This document shows positions 14,153-25,791 of a stretch of DNA of 64,000 bases, piece after piece. The stretch spans positions 11,098,001-11,162,000 of the forward strand of contig NC_045138.2 in NCBI RefSeq assembly GCF_008831285.2, written 5' to 3'. Under the pieces are notes generated by a model. It did no database searches. It was not told where the DNA came from and was given only the letters and a program-made list of their open reading frames with translations. The translations under genes were made by a program, and so were the position numbers. Source of the stretch: Nymphaea colorata. Taxonomy: Eukaryota. Positions within the stretch are counted from its first letter, which is position 1. Each line of letters starts with the position of its first letter.

Positions 14153-15151
14153 CTACGTCACATGGGTGTGGGTAAGGTATGGGTTTGGGTACGGTGGTAC
14201 GGGTTCGGACATAGCAATTTTGAAAATTGTGGGCACGCGGGTACGGAAAATTTTATATTCTCAAAAATGATAAATGTTGAATGAAAAAAAAAATTAATAG
14301 TTCACACTTATAATCTCATAAGAAAGTCACAAACAAAACATTGTTTACCACATAAGAACACTATTATTATCATCATTCTAGTCAATGCCCAACTTGTCCT
14401 CCTCTTCTTCCACATTAGAAGATGTTGATGGAATAGAAGGTTCTTCGAATCTTGAATTAACAGCTTTAAGTTTATTGCCTTCCTCTAAGTTAAAGTCTTC
14501 AACATTCACGTCCCACTTTTTAGGCTTGCGCCTAAGCTTGGCTGATCAGCATTCGGCAGCAACAGTTTGTTTGTTGAAGATTGAAGATTATCTTCAACAC
14601 CCGACAAATAGGCAGCACAACAACAAATAAATGGCAGGCGAGGCGACAGATAGGCAGCCAAAATAGCCAGCGACAGATAGGCAGCCAAAATAGCCAGCAA
14701 CAGATAAACATGTAAAATCAAACAAATATGAAAAAATGGAAAGATCGACAGTTTTGCAGTTCAATCTTCAAACAAAAACATCATCAAATCAACAAAACAA
14801 AAACCCCCAAATCAAGAAAATGAAAACCTTGTTGTAATAGCCAAAAGAGAAAAAAAAAATACTTACCTGGCTGCCACCAGCTACTGCCGAACATCCACAG
14901 ACGTCGTCATCGCCGCCAGTCATCGCTGTAGCAGACAAGGGTTGAAGAAAACGCAGGTAAGTCAAGCTCTGTTGTAGAGCTCAACTTTTGTTTCTTGAGT
15001 AAAAATGAACAATTTTTATGGTCTGGATCGGGTCTGACCCAGACCCAAGACCCGACCCAACCCATACCCAATAGCTTAGTTGTACCTGCTTCCATATACC
15101 TACATAGTGGAGCGGATACGTGGGGCAATTCCACGTACCCGTGTCACATAG
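14153..15151 (-). mobile_element. Non-autonomous hAT derivative (CTA.GTCACA TIR family), 999 bp
   Basis: Ends CTACGTCACA... and ...GTGTCACATAG; 8-bp TSD GTTACAGG / GTTACATG; GGGTAC/GTACCC subterminal repeats; acidic transposase-like C-terminal remnant (..SSNVEEEEDKLGID*) on the minus strand; internal 27-bp tandem repeat at 14643-14706. Confidence 0.8.
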
Positions 15152-15493
15152 GTTACATGTTGAAAATTCTTTGCAAAATATTGAGAATAAAGAGGACTAA
15201 TCCCTCTATGTAGACATGAAGGGAGAGTAGATCTAGGCATCTAGCCCTTGTCAGAGATCGAACATCTCTAATTGGAGTAGTTGGACCTAGCCAACCACTA
15301 GTCCATCTCAGCCTCTCAGGTAAAGGCTCATTCTTGAGTCTCAACCAATGATAGTATAAGAGGGGGAAAAAGGAAAAGGAAATATGGGAACAAAAAACTA
15401 CATTCTCAACGTATATACGTAATAAACCTGTATTCTAAGCATATACATATATGATTAACATATACACAGTGGCTTACATATATTTTACCCCCT

Positions 15494-15527
<34 letters not shown>

Positions 15528-15603
15528 CAAACTTATGATGCTATCACTAAAAGTTTCTTTTGGAGAACACAAAGCTTCAGTAAAATATTTTGGTAGTTTA
15601 CAC

Positions 15604-18600
15604 TGTTAAAGAGTGTTTCTAAAATATTAAAAAGTTATAGAGGTCTTTAAATATTTTCTTATAGTAGTTGGACTGTTTATGTAAAGTTTGTACAGCCAGC
15701 CCTAATCTCTTTTAAAGGAGATTAGGGTTACGTTAATGAAGAATTCCTTTTGGCTTTCTCTCTCATCGTAACATGGTATCAGAGCCTTCTCCTGTGCCGA
15801 CAGACAAGTGAGTTTTCCGGCGCTCATTCTCTCTAGCGACCTCTTCCTCCGGCAATCTCTTCCTTCCTCCTTGTCACCTCCCATCTCTATTCCTTCTTAC
15901 CTCCCAATAAGGAGACGGTAAGAGAATAGAGGTTGGGTGCGCTGCGTGGAGAAGGACCTGATCACGCTTCTGTGGAAGGCGTGATCAGATCCTTGAGTGG
16001 ATCTCATGGATGTTGATTGCTATAGATCATGGGATATGAAGTTTGTAAGTTGAAGTTTAATGAGTTGTGGACTGTTGCTTATCGTAGGTATGAGATCTAT
16101 CATTTGATTGTGTTGGGATCTTTGTCGTGCGTAGTGGACAGCCAGATTTATGTGGTGTGGCTGTATTTAAGAATAGCAAGCTGTCCCCTGTTTTGGGCAG
16201 TGGTGATATCTACCTTCCATATTTAGGCACTATTACACGTGTTATATGCTCCTCAATTTTCGATTAACTTGTTATCTGTTAAGCAACTACCTATTGACTT
16301 ATAGTGTAAAGTCATTTTTGCTGCATCTTCAGGCCATGAACGTGAGGGACTTTATTTCCTGTCGGTTCCAGTTGATGTTGCTGCATCTTCAGTCCCTTCA
16401 AAGCCTTCTCCTTACCAGTGGCATCTCAGACTAGGTCATCCATCTGTACCCAAACTTCGTTGCATGTTTCCAGATATTCCTACATCAGAGTCCTTATGTG
16501 ATGTTTGTCAGTTGGGCAAGCATACACGAAGCAGTTTTCCTTCGAGTCAGAGTCCATCTGGTCGGAGTCCATTTGATCTCATTCATGTGGATGTATGGGG
16601 TCTAGTCGGGTTACTTTTTGTTCATGTTTCCGATACTATCTTGTTTTAGTTTATGATTTTACTAGAGTCAATTGGGTTTTCTTGTTAAGGGAAAGATCTG
16701 AAGTCATATTTATTCTTTAGATATTTGTCAAGGAAATAAAAACTCAGTTTGGTCTCATTGTAAAAAATATTCGCATTGATAATTCTCTTGAATTCAAGTC
16801 TTCCATTCTACTTCAGTTTTATGTCAACCATGGCATTCGACCTCAATATACTTGTCCGCACACATTCCAACAAAATGGTGTAGCCGAACACAAACATCGG
16901 CAATGCCTAAATGTGGCTCGCACCCTTATGCTACATTCTCACATGTCTGCCTATTTTTGGGGTGATGCTATTCTTACTGCATGCTATCTCATTAATAGCT
17001 TACCCTCATCAGTCATCCAAGAACGTATCCCCATTCAAATTTTATATACAGATCGATCATTATTTCATATACCTCCCAAAGTATTTGGATGCACCTGCTT
17101 TGCACATATCCTAAGCCCAGACAAAAACAAACTTGCGACCCAAGCCATCAAATGTGTATTTATTGGCTATTCTGCCAATCAAAAATGATATAAGTGCATT
17201 GATCCCCAGACCAAGAAAGAGATTATCAGTGTGGATGTTACATTCTTTGAGTCTCGCCCTTATTTTTCCCCTTCGAGTTCTTCTATGTCTGAGATGTTTG
17301 TACTTTTCCCCTTCGAGTTCCTCTATGTCTGAGATGTTTGTACCTGTTTCTCTTCCTATTCCACCAGTGTCACATGAGTCATTCCCACCATCTCAACCTA
17401 GGCCACATGAACGTTTCCTTGACCCTCCATTGGTTTACACTCGTCGTCTTGGTCCCTCTCCCAACCACCCACCAGCGTCTTCTCAAGAGGCAAGCTCCAT
17501 TGATAAGACTGACTCAGGTTTAAATGATGACCATTCTGCAGACGATCTCCCTATTTTCATTCACAAAGGCAAGCGACAGTGCACACTACATCCTATTTCT
17601 AATTATGTTTCTACTGACCGTCAAATTACAAGTTTGGTGCAGTTTGATCGAGCTTTATCTAGTCACGTTATCACGGCTTCTCACCATCAAGCCCTCTTAG
17701 ATCCATGGTGGTGACGAGCCATGCAGGAGGAAATGGATGCTCTTATCTCTCGGGAGACATGGGACTTGGTGGATCCACCGATGCACTGTGATATTGTTGG
17801 CTCAAGATGGGTGTTCACCATCAAGTATCACTATGATAGTTCAGTAGAACGTTCAAGGCATGTGTTGTCGCTAAAGGATATACTCAGACTTATGGTGTTG
17901 ACTTCTTTGAGACTTTTTTGTCTGTGGCTCGGTTGAGCACTATTCGATTGATTATATATCTTGCTTTCTAGCGAAAATGACCTCTATTTCAACTGGATGT
18001 GAAAAATGTTTTTTTGTGTGGAGACCTGTCTGAAACCGTCTATATGCAGCAACCACCTCGTTTTGAGCGACAGGGGAGTGCTCTAAGGTATGCAAATTAA
18101 AGAAGACTATTTATGGACTTAAACAAAGTCCTCGTGCATGGTTCCATAAGCTAACTGAGGTTTTATCTAAGTGTGAATTTCGAGGATCCCAGCTTGATCT
18201 CTCATTGTTTATCAAGCGAGGCACATTTGATATAGTGATATTGATTGTATACATGGATGATATTGTTCTCCCTTGAGAAAGTAATCAAGAGATAGCTCAG
18301 ACAAAGGAGTTTTTACAACACTTTGTCACAAAAGACCTTAGGCAACTCCGGTATTTTCTTGGTATTCAGGTGGCTCGTAGTAGTAAAAGAGCGTAGTGTC
18401 TCAAAGAAAGTATGCTCTAGATCTTATGTAGGAAACATGTTTATTGAGAGCTAAACCTACCACACTTCCCATGAATCCCCGCATTCATATACATGATAAT
18501 GAATCAGAGCCTTTTGACTCTAGGTCTTACAGTTCTCTGATAGGAAAACTGTTATATTTGACTGTCATTCGCCCCGACACTAGCTTTGTTGTGAATAAGC

Positions 18601-19554
18601 TAAATCAGTTCATGAAAAACCCCGAAAGGTTCATTGGGACGCTGCTGTAATGATTGTCAGATATTTGAAATCAGCCCCAGGAAAGGGGTAATGGTTAAAA
18701 AATGGAGAATGTGTTGACATCGAAGCGTACAATGATGTTGATTCTACAGGGTCTGTAGATGACAGGAAGTCTACTACAGGTGTTTGTGTCCTTGTAGAAG
18801 GTAATCTTATTTTTTGGAGGAGCAAGAAGCAGAATGTGGTGGCTCGATCAAGAAAGGGGTAATGGTTAAAAAAGGGAGAATGTGTTGACATCGAAGCATA
18901 TAGTGATGTTGATTATATAGGGTATGCAGATGACAGGAAGTCTACTACAGGTTTTTGTGTCTTTGTGGAAGGTAATCTTATTTCATGGAGGAGCAAGAAG
19001 CAGAATGTGGTGGCTTGATCTAGTGTTGAATCGGACAATAGGGCTATGGCTCAACTGCGGCTGAAATGTCGTGGGTTAGATCATTACTTCTAGAGTTAGG
19101 TGTTTCAGTGAATCTTCCAATGAAGATGTATTGTGATAACAAGGCAGCTACATATATTGCTAACAATCATGTTTTCCATGAGAGGACTAAACACATTAAA
19201 GTGGATTGTCACTATGTTCGGGACCTAGTTCAAGAAGGAATTGTGAGCACTATTCATATCTCTTTAGAAGATCAGGCAGCTGATATCCTCACCAAGGCTC
19301 TTCCCATAGGCGATTTCCTAAGATGTTGTAACAAGCAAAGCATGATTGATATATATGCTCCAGCTTGAGGGGGAGTGTTAAAGAGTGTTTTTGAAATATT
19401 AGAAAGTTAGAGAGGAAGTGTTTAAATATTTTCTTATAGTAGTTGGACTGTTTTTGTAAAGTTTGTACCACCAACCCTAATCTCTTTTAAAGGAGATTAG
19501 GGTTGCGTTAATGAAGAATTCCTTTAGTTTTGGCTCTCTCTCATCATCGTAACA
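15604..19554 (+). mobile_element. Ty1/copia LTR retrotransposon, both LTRs present, gag/protease largely missing, pol disrupted
   Basis: 5' LTR 15604-15773 and 3' LTR 19376-19554 (TG...CA); TSD TACAC on both sides; PBS TGGTATCAGAGC (tRNA-Met-i type) at 15774; PPT GAGGGGGAG at 19367-19375. Motifs: CDVCQLGKH, DVWG, FWGDAILTACYLIN, MQEEMDAL, MYCDNKAA, HERTKHIKVDCHYVR. Confidence 0.95.
18681..19021 (+). repeat. Internal 171-bp tandem duplication in the Copia RNase H region; a smaller ~40-bp duplication lies at 17264-17343
   Basis: GAAAGGGGTAATGGTTAAAAAA.GGAGAATGTGTTGACATCGAAGC starts at 18681 and again at 18852; the copies differ at several sites. Confidence 0.9.
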
Positions 19555-19755
19555 TACACTTTGAAGAAACATATGGAAGATCAATTGTATCCTTCAAGTA
19601 CTACTCTCTAACGAAGTGACAATCCATCTTGATGTGCTCAATATGTTCATGGGAGGTGTGATTTCATGACATGAAAAGAGCATTTTTAGTGTCATAGTAC
19701 AATTTGGTGGGAATTCCCCAAGAGAATTCCCATATCTATTAACAGTTGTAGTAGC

Positions 19756-20474
19756 CAATGTTTTAAAACCCAATGACTTGGGACTCAATTCGTCCATTCA
19801 CGACTTGGAACTCACAGGCCAACTCAGTGCCTTGAACCGAATTTTGTTAACAGTTTTTTATAGAAAACCCACACATAACTAATATTAAACATTTTTTTCA
19901 TTTCAGTTCTGCATTTTCTTTTTTTACTCTAGAAACTCTCGTCAAAGAAAGTGAACACAAAAAGAAGACTAGAAAAGAGAGAGATAGAGAGAGAGTCTCG
20001 CTCTCTCATTTATTTATGAGGCCTCTCTCTCTCCCCCACCCCCCCTTTTCCAGTTCACTTGTTAAAAAGAAGAGAGAGAGATGTCATAAATACATAAGAG
20101 AGAGGGAGAGAGAGTAACATTGGAAATATGAGATAGTTAAAAATTGGCAGTTTTGAAAAAGAATGGATTTGAAACTGGTAAACAAGAACAAGAACATTGA
20201 AAACAAAGAAAGTATGGGTTCTTGTGTACATTTTAATGCTTTTTAACTTTTATAACGGTGCTAATTTTGAGTTTTTATAACCATGAGATTAAATAAACTC
20301 ACTAAACTTAGTTGGGGAACACTTATTTAACTCATGACTCGGCCAAGTCAAACAAGCCCTCACCAAGTCATGCCAAGTTTTGTGCACGATGAGTCCTATT
20401 GGGTCAACTTGGTAGGTGGCTGAGCTGAGCCGAGCTGAGCCAAGTTGTTTGACCGGGCGAGTTTTAAAACACTA
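19756..20474. mobile_element. hAT-type MITE, 719 bp, inserted in the old Copia
   Basis: TIR CAATGTTTTAAAAC / GTTTTAAAACACTA; TSD GTAGTAGC / GTAGTGGC (7/8); ACTC/GAGT-rich subterminal motifs. Confidence 0.8.
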
Positions 20475-21282
20475 GTAGTGGCCACAGGATCTCCATTACC
20501 GTAGTTATTGATCTAAATTGGCTTCTATGGTTGATACAAAGACCAGTTATTGTTTATACTTTTACGATATTAGTGATTAGGCACAAGACCTGGTAGTGGA
20601 GTACCTATTGTTTGGAAGCACTTACTGTTCCTTTTATGCATTTGATAGTATGTCAAACCACAGTCATGTGGACTGAAGTTGGTGTATGTTGAAATTGACT
20701 TGCCACATGAATTGCATGTGCTATGTTTTGTCTAGTGGTATAAGTCTACAAGTGATGCAACTAATTGTCTATAAAGAGTTAAATTATCCATAAGAATTTC
20801 AATCATCAAGTTTGTTTTAGTCCCAATGGTTTCAGAAATTCCAGCCATTTTATCATCAATTATCATTGACCTAGTAATAATACATAAGGAAAGCTTTGCT
20901 CGTGTAAGATATATCTTTGTGAAAAGTAAACAACTTCAATGCCAAAAAAATACCAAGGAAATATCACATTTTAGTCTGCCTTCCAAAGAGTAGTTTGACT
21001 TCCTGGCTTCCAGCTTCGTCATTTCAGGTTTTTAACATGTTATCTACATGCAAAAGTAACATCACAATTCTTGCACTAGAGTTCTTAAAGAACAGTGCAG
21101 TGTTGGTAGAACAAGATTTATAAATACATTTCATCATTATGTTATTAACTTTATCCAACCAAGATTTAGGTTTTCACACCCTACAAGGCTTTTCCCAACC
21201 AAAGCACCATAAAGGACATTCATACTCAATGGAACAATTATATGGACTTTCCCATTGAGATGAATGTTCAACTCTTTAAAAG

Positions 21283-21625
21283 CTTTGTCACATGGGTACT
21301 GCTGTAAAGGCAATGTACCCGTACTGGTCATTTACGACACCGGTACTGGTACTGGTAGTCTGGTACTGTCCTAGGTACTTCTTGAGTACTAGTCAAACAA
21401 TACCAGATACGGTCAATGTACCTAGAACTGTATCCGTCTTATGTAGGACTTGGTCAAAGTTGACCGAGTCCTTTCCTATCCAAAATTTAGAATTTCAGTT
21501 TTGTTCTTTACACCATTTATACTTAGGAAACACATATAGAGATCCGTTTTCATATTTTGTTTAATAGTTTCTTCTTTAGGATCTATAAATTTTGAATCAT
21601 GAATGTGTTATTTTGTTTGAATTCT

Positions 21626-21687
<62 letters not shown>

Positions 21688-21764
21688 CCGTGCCCCCGTA
21701 TCCAAGTTTTTTTAAAATAGTCCGAACATGTACCCGCACCAGCACCTATACCTATGTGACATAG
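21283..21764. mobile_element. hAT-type MITE (CT..GTCACA TIR family), 482 bp, containing a (TA)n tract
   Basis: TIR CTTTGTCACA / TGTGACATAG; perfect 8-bp TSD TTTAAAAG (21275-21282 and 21765-21772); GTAC subterminal repeats; (TA)n at 21631-21686. Confidence 0.88.
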
Positions 21765-23340
21765 TTTAAAAGTCATTTGGAAAATATTCTATTTCTTAAA
21801 TGAGCTAACATCCATAAAAGTTCTAATAGTGGTCAGTTTAGCTAAAGGACAAAAGTTTTTTGACAATTTATTTCATATTCTTGGTCTTGGGGAAGTCTTC
21901 AGCTACTAAATTAGCTTGTGTCTTTCTAAGGAACCACCACGCTTGGTCTTCACTTTAAATCCTAAAACCACATAGTTTTCTTACCTATGAGTAGTCCTCG
22001 AATCTACCAAACATTGGCTCTTCTAAGGACATTTAAATCAATATTAGCTCATTACAATTAGTTGGTTCAAAATAAGGATGTATAGGAAACCAACCTATTG
22101 GTACTCCTATCATTCTCTCCCATCTAGGAGTATTTGCTTGTTGACATTGAATCTAGACAGTAATGCTATCTTGATTTTGAATCCCAGAGGACCGATTTGT
22201 ATTCATCTAGTGTAAATTACTGATAATGAATGTTCCTTTCCCAATATTTAACCCGAAATTTTTTCATTGACCAAATCAAGATTATCAATAAATACATCAT
22301 CACAGCCATTGTTTCATTGCTAGAAGCAATTCAAACAAGAAAGAATAACAAACATTTTCATTTTGTGTTTTGAATCCTTCAAATCTACTCTCTTTCCATG
22401 AAATTTATATTATTTGGAATAAACAACTTGTCACTTTTCATCATAGCATCTATAGTTCTATACCTTTTTAAGACTTTGAATATCTAGTAAAGGCATAAGG
22501 AACAGATTTTGAGAATAGTTTACCTCTTTTATAAGTTAAAATGAAGAATGCACTCTAAAAAATTCTAAGCCTTTTGTAACGTTGTCCATACTTGAAAAAT
22601 TTCGAAAAGAATAATATTCGATAAAGGATTTAAGGCATTCCATTAATAAGATAAACCAATCTAAGGCCACTTTGCCCCAAAATTTCGTTGAAATACTTAA
22701 TAAAATGAGCAAAGCCCATGTAATTTCAATGATATGTCTCTATGCATTCCATCAGATAAGCCATGTCATTGAGAAGCTCTAGGGCAAAACTTTTTACGTC
22801 CAATTTTATTTTTTCAAATACTTTTTGAATCCATGCGATGGGTATTATGCTCCCAAGTCAATTCCAAAATTCCTAGCCACCAAATACAAAAGTGCTTAGC
22901 ACATGAAGCAGGAGGATATCTTAAGGAGTGTGATACCATCAAAGGTATGCTCATATTTGTAACCCCATAAGAAGCAGTGAAAATATAATAAGGTGACAAC
23001 ATTATATAGCAGTATCTTGAAATACTTGCTCAACTTTGGGATGAACTAGATCCATTGAGCCAAAAGGGCACATTATCAAACATGCTAACCTTACACAAAC
23101 TGTAACTTCAAAAAGAATAATTCTACCAGTTTGCAATCAGGCTTAGGTCAGAATAAGATGGTGGCGGAACCTCTCTTACTGATAGTGTTCAAACTATTCA
23201 GAACCATAAATCGACAAAAGTTCAAGCAAAATAGTTCTCTAAGTTCATATATAATATATTGTAATTAAAATTAAAAAATTTCCCACTATCTACAATATAA
23301 ACAAAGTTAAAGAGCTACAGATGGCCCTACAAAGAATGAG

Positions 23341-23690
23341 CAGGATCTGGATACGACCTAGACCAGAATCATGAAGTACCAGGTATGCCAAAAAGTATTT
23401 GCATCTGAGATTTGCTTTAACAACATGGATGCTTGACCCAAGATGGAGTAGCCATGCAACTTCACCCATGTGACTTGGGGCTGCCGAACTCAATAAGGAA
23501 GAGAATGGACTCTTGAATTCAAATCAAGAGTGATAATGTGTTATCATCACTTCATGACTCTGTGTCTAAGTCAAAACTCAAGACCTATAAGGCCAGATCT
23601 GGATCTGACCCAGGCCAGAACCATGAAGTACTTGGTATGCTACAAGTATCTGCATTCCCAAATTGCAATACCAACATGGGTGCATCACCC
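23341..23690. repeat. Diverged ~90-bp direct repeat, copies near 23341 and 23594
   Basis: GATCTGGATACGACCTAGACCAGAATCATGAAGTACC... versus GATCTGGATCTGACCCAGGCCAGAACCATGAAGTACT...; probably TE-derived. Confidence 0.6.
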
Positions 23691-24473
23691 AATAAGGCAC
23701 ACTACGTCTATCAAGCTCATGAGATCATGTACAACAAAAAATGATGAGATGGAAGATCTTCAAGATTGAAGCAAAAGAACATCATGATCAGAAAAAGATG
23801 CATACGCTTCTCTCAAAAGCAGGGGTTAGCATAGAAGCTAAACAAAATAAATTAACCGTCTGCAAACTACAAATAGGGACTACAGTATCAGGTAAATCCA
23901 TATAGTCACTAGAGCAACGGTGGTTAATAAACACTTGTTTGTCTGTGGTGGAGGTCGGACGACACTGGAATAGCGGGGGGATCGTCGGACGGCGGTGAAT
24001 GCTGCTAAGGTAGAAGGTAACACAAGTTGAGAAGGAGAGCACGAGATTAGAAATGAAACCCTTTTTTACCCAGCCAGGAGAGAGAGGCGCAGAGCACCTG
24101 GAAGACGTAGATCGTGCAGGTGGACGAGCAGTAGTAGTCAGACGACACTGGAGGAATGCAGTGGTGGTCGGATGGCTCCAATGTTGCTGCGGTAGAAGAG
24201 AAGACGCCTTCAGATGGATCTTGCACGTTGGGGAAAACGAAAGCCCTAAAAAAATCAGAGTCACAGACAGGCGTTTCATCACCTGCAAGGTGGCGGTGGT
24301 GGAGCTGGACGCACGGTGGTCAGACGGCTCCTGGAACGCAGCGGTAGTGGTCGGACGGCAACCAATACAGCTGCGGTAGAAGAACAGGGACAATTGAGAG
24401 AGAGACCACGAGAGGAGAAAGTATGAAAACCGAAAACACACAGAGGGGTCAAAGAGAGAGGCGCACACTATAC

Positions 24474-24790
24474 CTGAAACGAACGCCGACGATAATGGTC
24501 GACGGAACTTCAGCGGCAGCGAAGAGCACAAGCGAGGGTGATGGAGCCCGACGGGCGAGAGGAGACGGGTGAGGGAGTATGCTGCAAAGCTCAGCTGAGA
24601 AGCCCCAACGGCTACAAAATTTGTCCGCGGATAAACGTAAACAGGTTCGACGTTTTTCCGCGGACGCGGAAAGGAACGGTTCGTCGCGGTGTTTTCTTCC
24701 GTGCGTGATGGAGGGCGGATGAAAGTGAAATAGTGGATCGCGGACAGACAACCACGGTCAACAGTGCCGTCCGCGCATTTCAAACACGCC
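24474..24790 (-). promoter_or_regulatory. CpG-rich putative promoter and non-coding first exon of the IDM-like gene
   Basis: Isolated CpG island; pyrimidine-rich leader on the minus strand ending in a donor TTTCAG|GTATAG at 24473; matching acceptor TTTTCTGTAACAG| at 13779, 38 nt before the ATG; several CGCG boxes at 24624-24776. Linkage to the IDM-like CDS is inferred. Confidence 0.6.
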
Positions 24791-25791
24791 CTTGTGGATT
24801 TTTATGCTTAGCTTTTAGAAGTTTCATTATGGTAGAAAGTTGTGAATATTTTACTTTCTCCAACATGTGCCATGTGGTGTGAATTTATATCGGCTTTCTT
24901 GTATATGTTATATAACTATAATCGGGCATGAGGTTTACTGAAATTGGGGACAACGGCTAAGATTTTTGTCACAAAAACTGATCCTTGCTCTATCAACAGA
25001 GGCATGAAGTCCATGAATGTAGGTTAGTGCGAATCATGCACGGCTATATTTTTCTTGTCCATGGATTTTTGTCCCTAGGTTTTCATTCAACGATAGCCGG
25101 AAGTTTCTGTGGCATTCAAATGCCCCCCTGTACATCGATATATCCATGTGGTGTGACTTCTTGAATTCTTAATATCTAGAGCACTTTCTTCACATAATTC
25201 CTAATGGTCCTTTCGTTCAACTGTTTCACCAATTAATTCCAGTCTAAGTCTGCCAGGCAAATGGAGCTTGTCCTAAAACCAAAATATTGAAAATTTGAAA
25301 AAGTATTTCAAGATATAATTTTATAAATTCAAAACATTAAATGTATTTTATATAAACCAAAATCTTCTGACTACTGCTCAGATTATCAATGACAAACGTA
25401 ATGCCTATTTCTCATCTGGGGTTGCTATATCAGTGCAAGATAACCAGTCTAATTATTTGATTTAGGAAGGTCTTAAACGGGGTCTTTAATTAGATCTTCC
25501 TAAGTATGTTTTTCGTAAATTGGGCCCAAACTAATGTCCTATGTGATATATGTACGGCCACCAATGTGAAGCATTAAAAGAAAAAAAAAAGGTGCAAACC
25601 TATAGCCATGTATGTATGTATCCGTGTGTGTTTGTATGAACATATAACAACAATAAAGTTTGAATGAACATATACATTTCATTATTTATACTCATAAAAT
25701 ACAAATTATTAAACAAAAATGTGCCAAAATATATTAAAAAATGGTTGACACAGGTGCAGTGCCCTTCCATACGTGCCCACGTCACATAGAT

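Larger units (their letters stand above)
15526..22800 (-). mobile_element. Old degenerate Ty1/copia element (integrase-RT-RNase H remnants), host to three later insertions
   Basis: Minus-strand remnants in Copia order: FCPRASQ*HG..HR..IIEITWALL...FWGK (integrase, ~22660-22790), TLYRQLVASL..IAHAIHVASQF (~20690-20780), HEHIEHIKMDCHFVRE...LPYVSS (RNase H, 19560-19660). The RNase H continues as KLPKYFTEAL on the other side of the nested element (15560-15603). Confidence 0.75.

Noticed and set aside
23000..23160. Copia gag-like fragment (LAQLWDELD) on the plus strand
   Set aside because: Too short and decayed to delimit, and opposite in orientation to the adjacent old Copia, so not annotated as an element.
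23788..24783. 331-aa minus-strand ORF as a protein-coding gene
   Set aside because: Non-ATG start and low-complexity S/R/P/T composition; explained by a GC-rich promoter, UTR exon and intron start.
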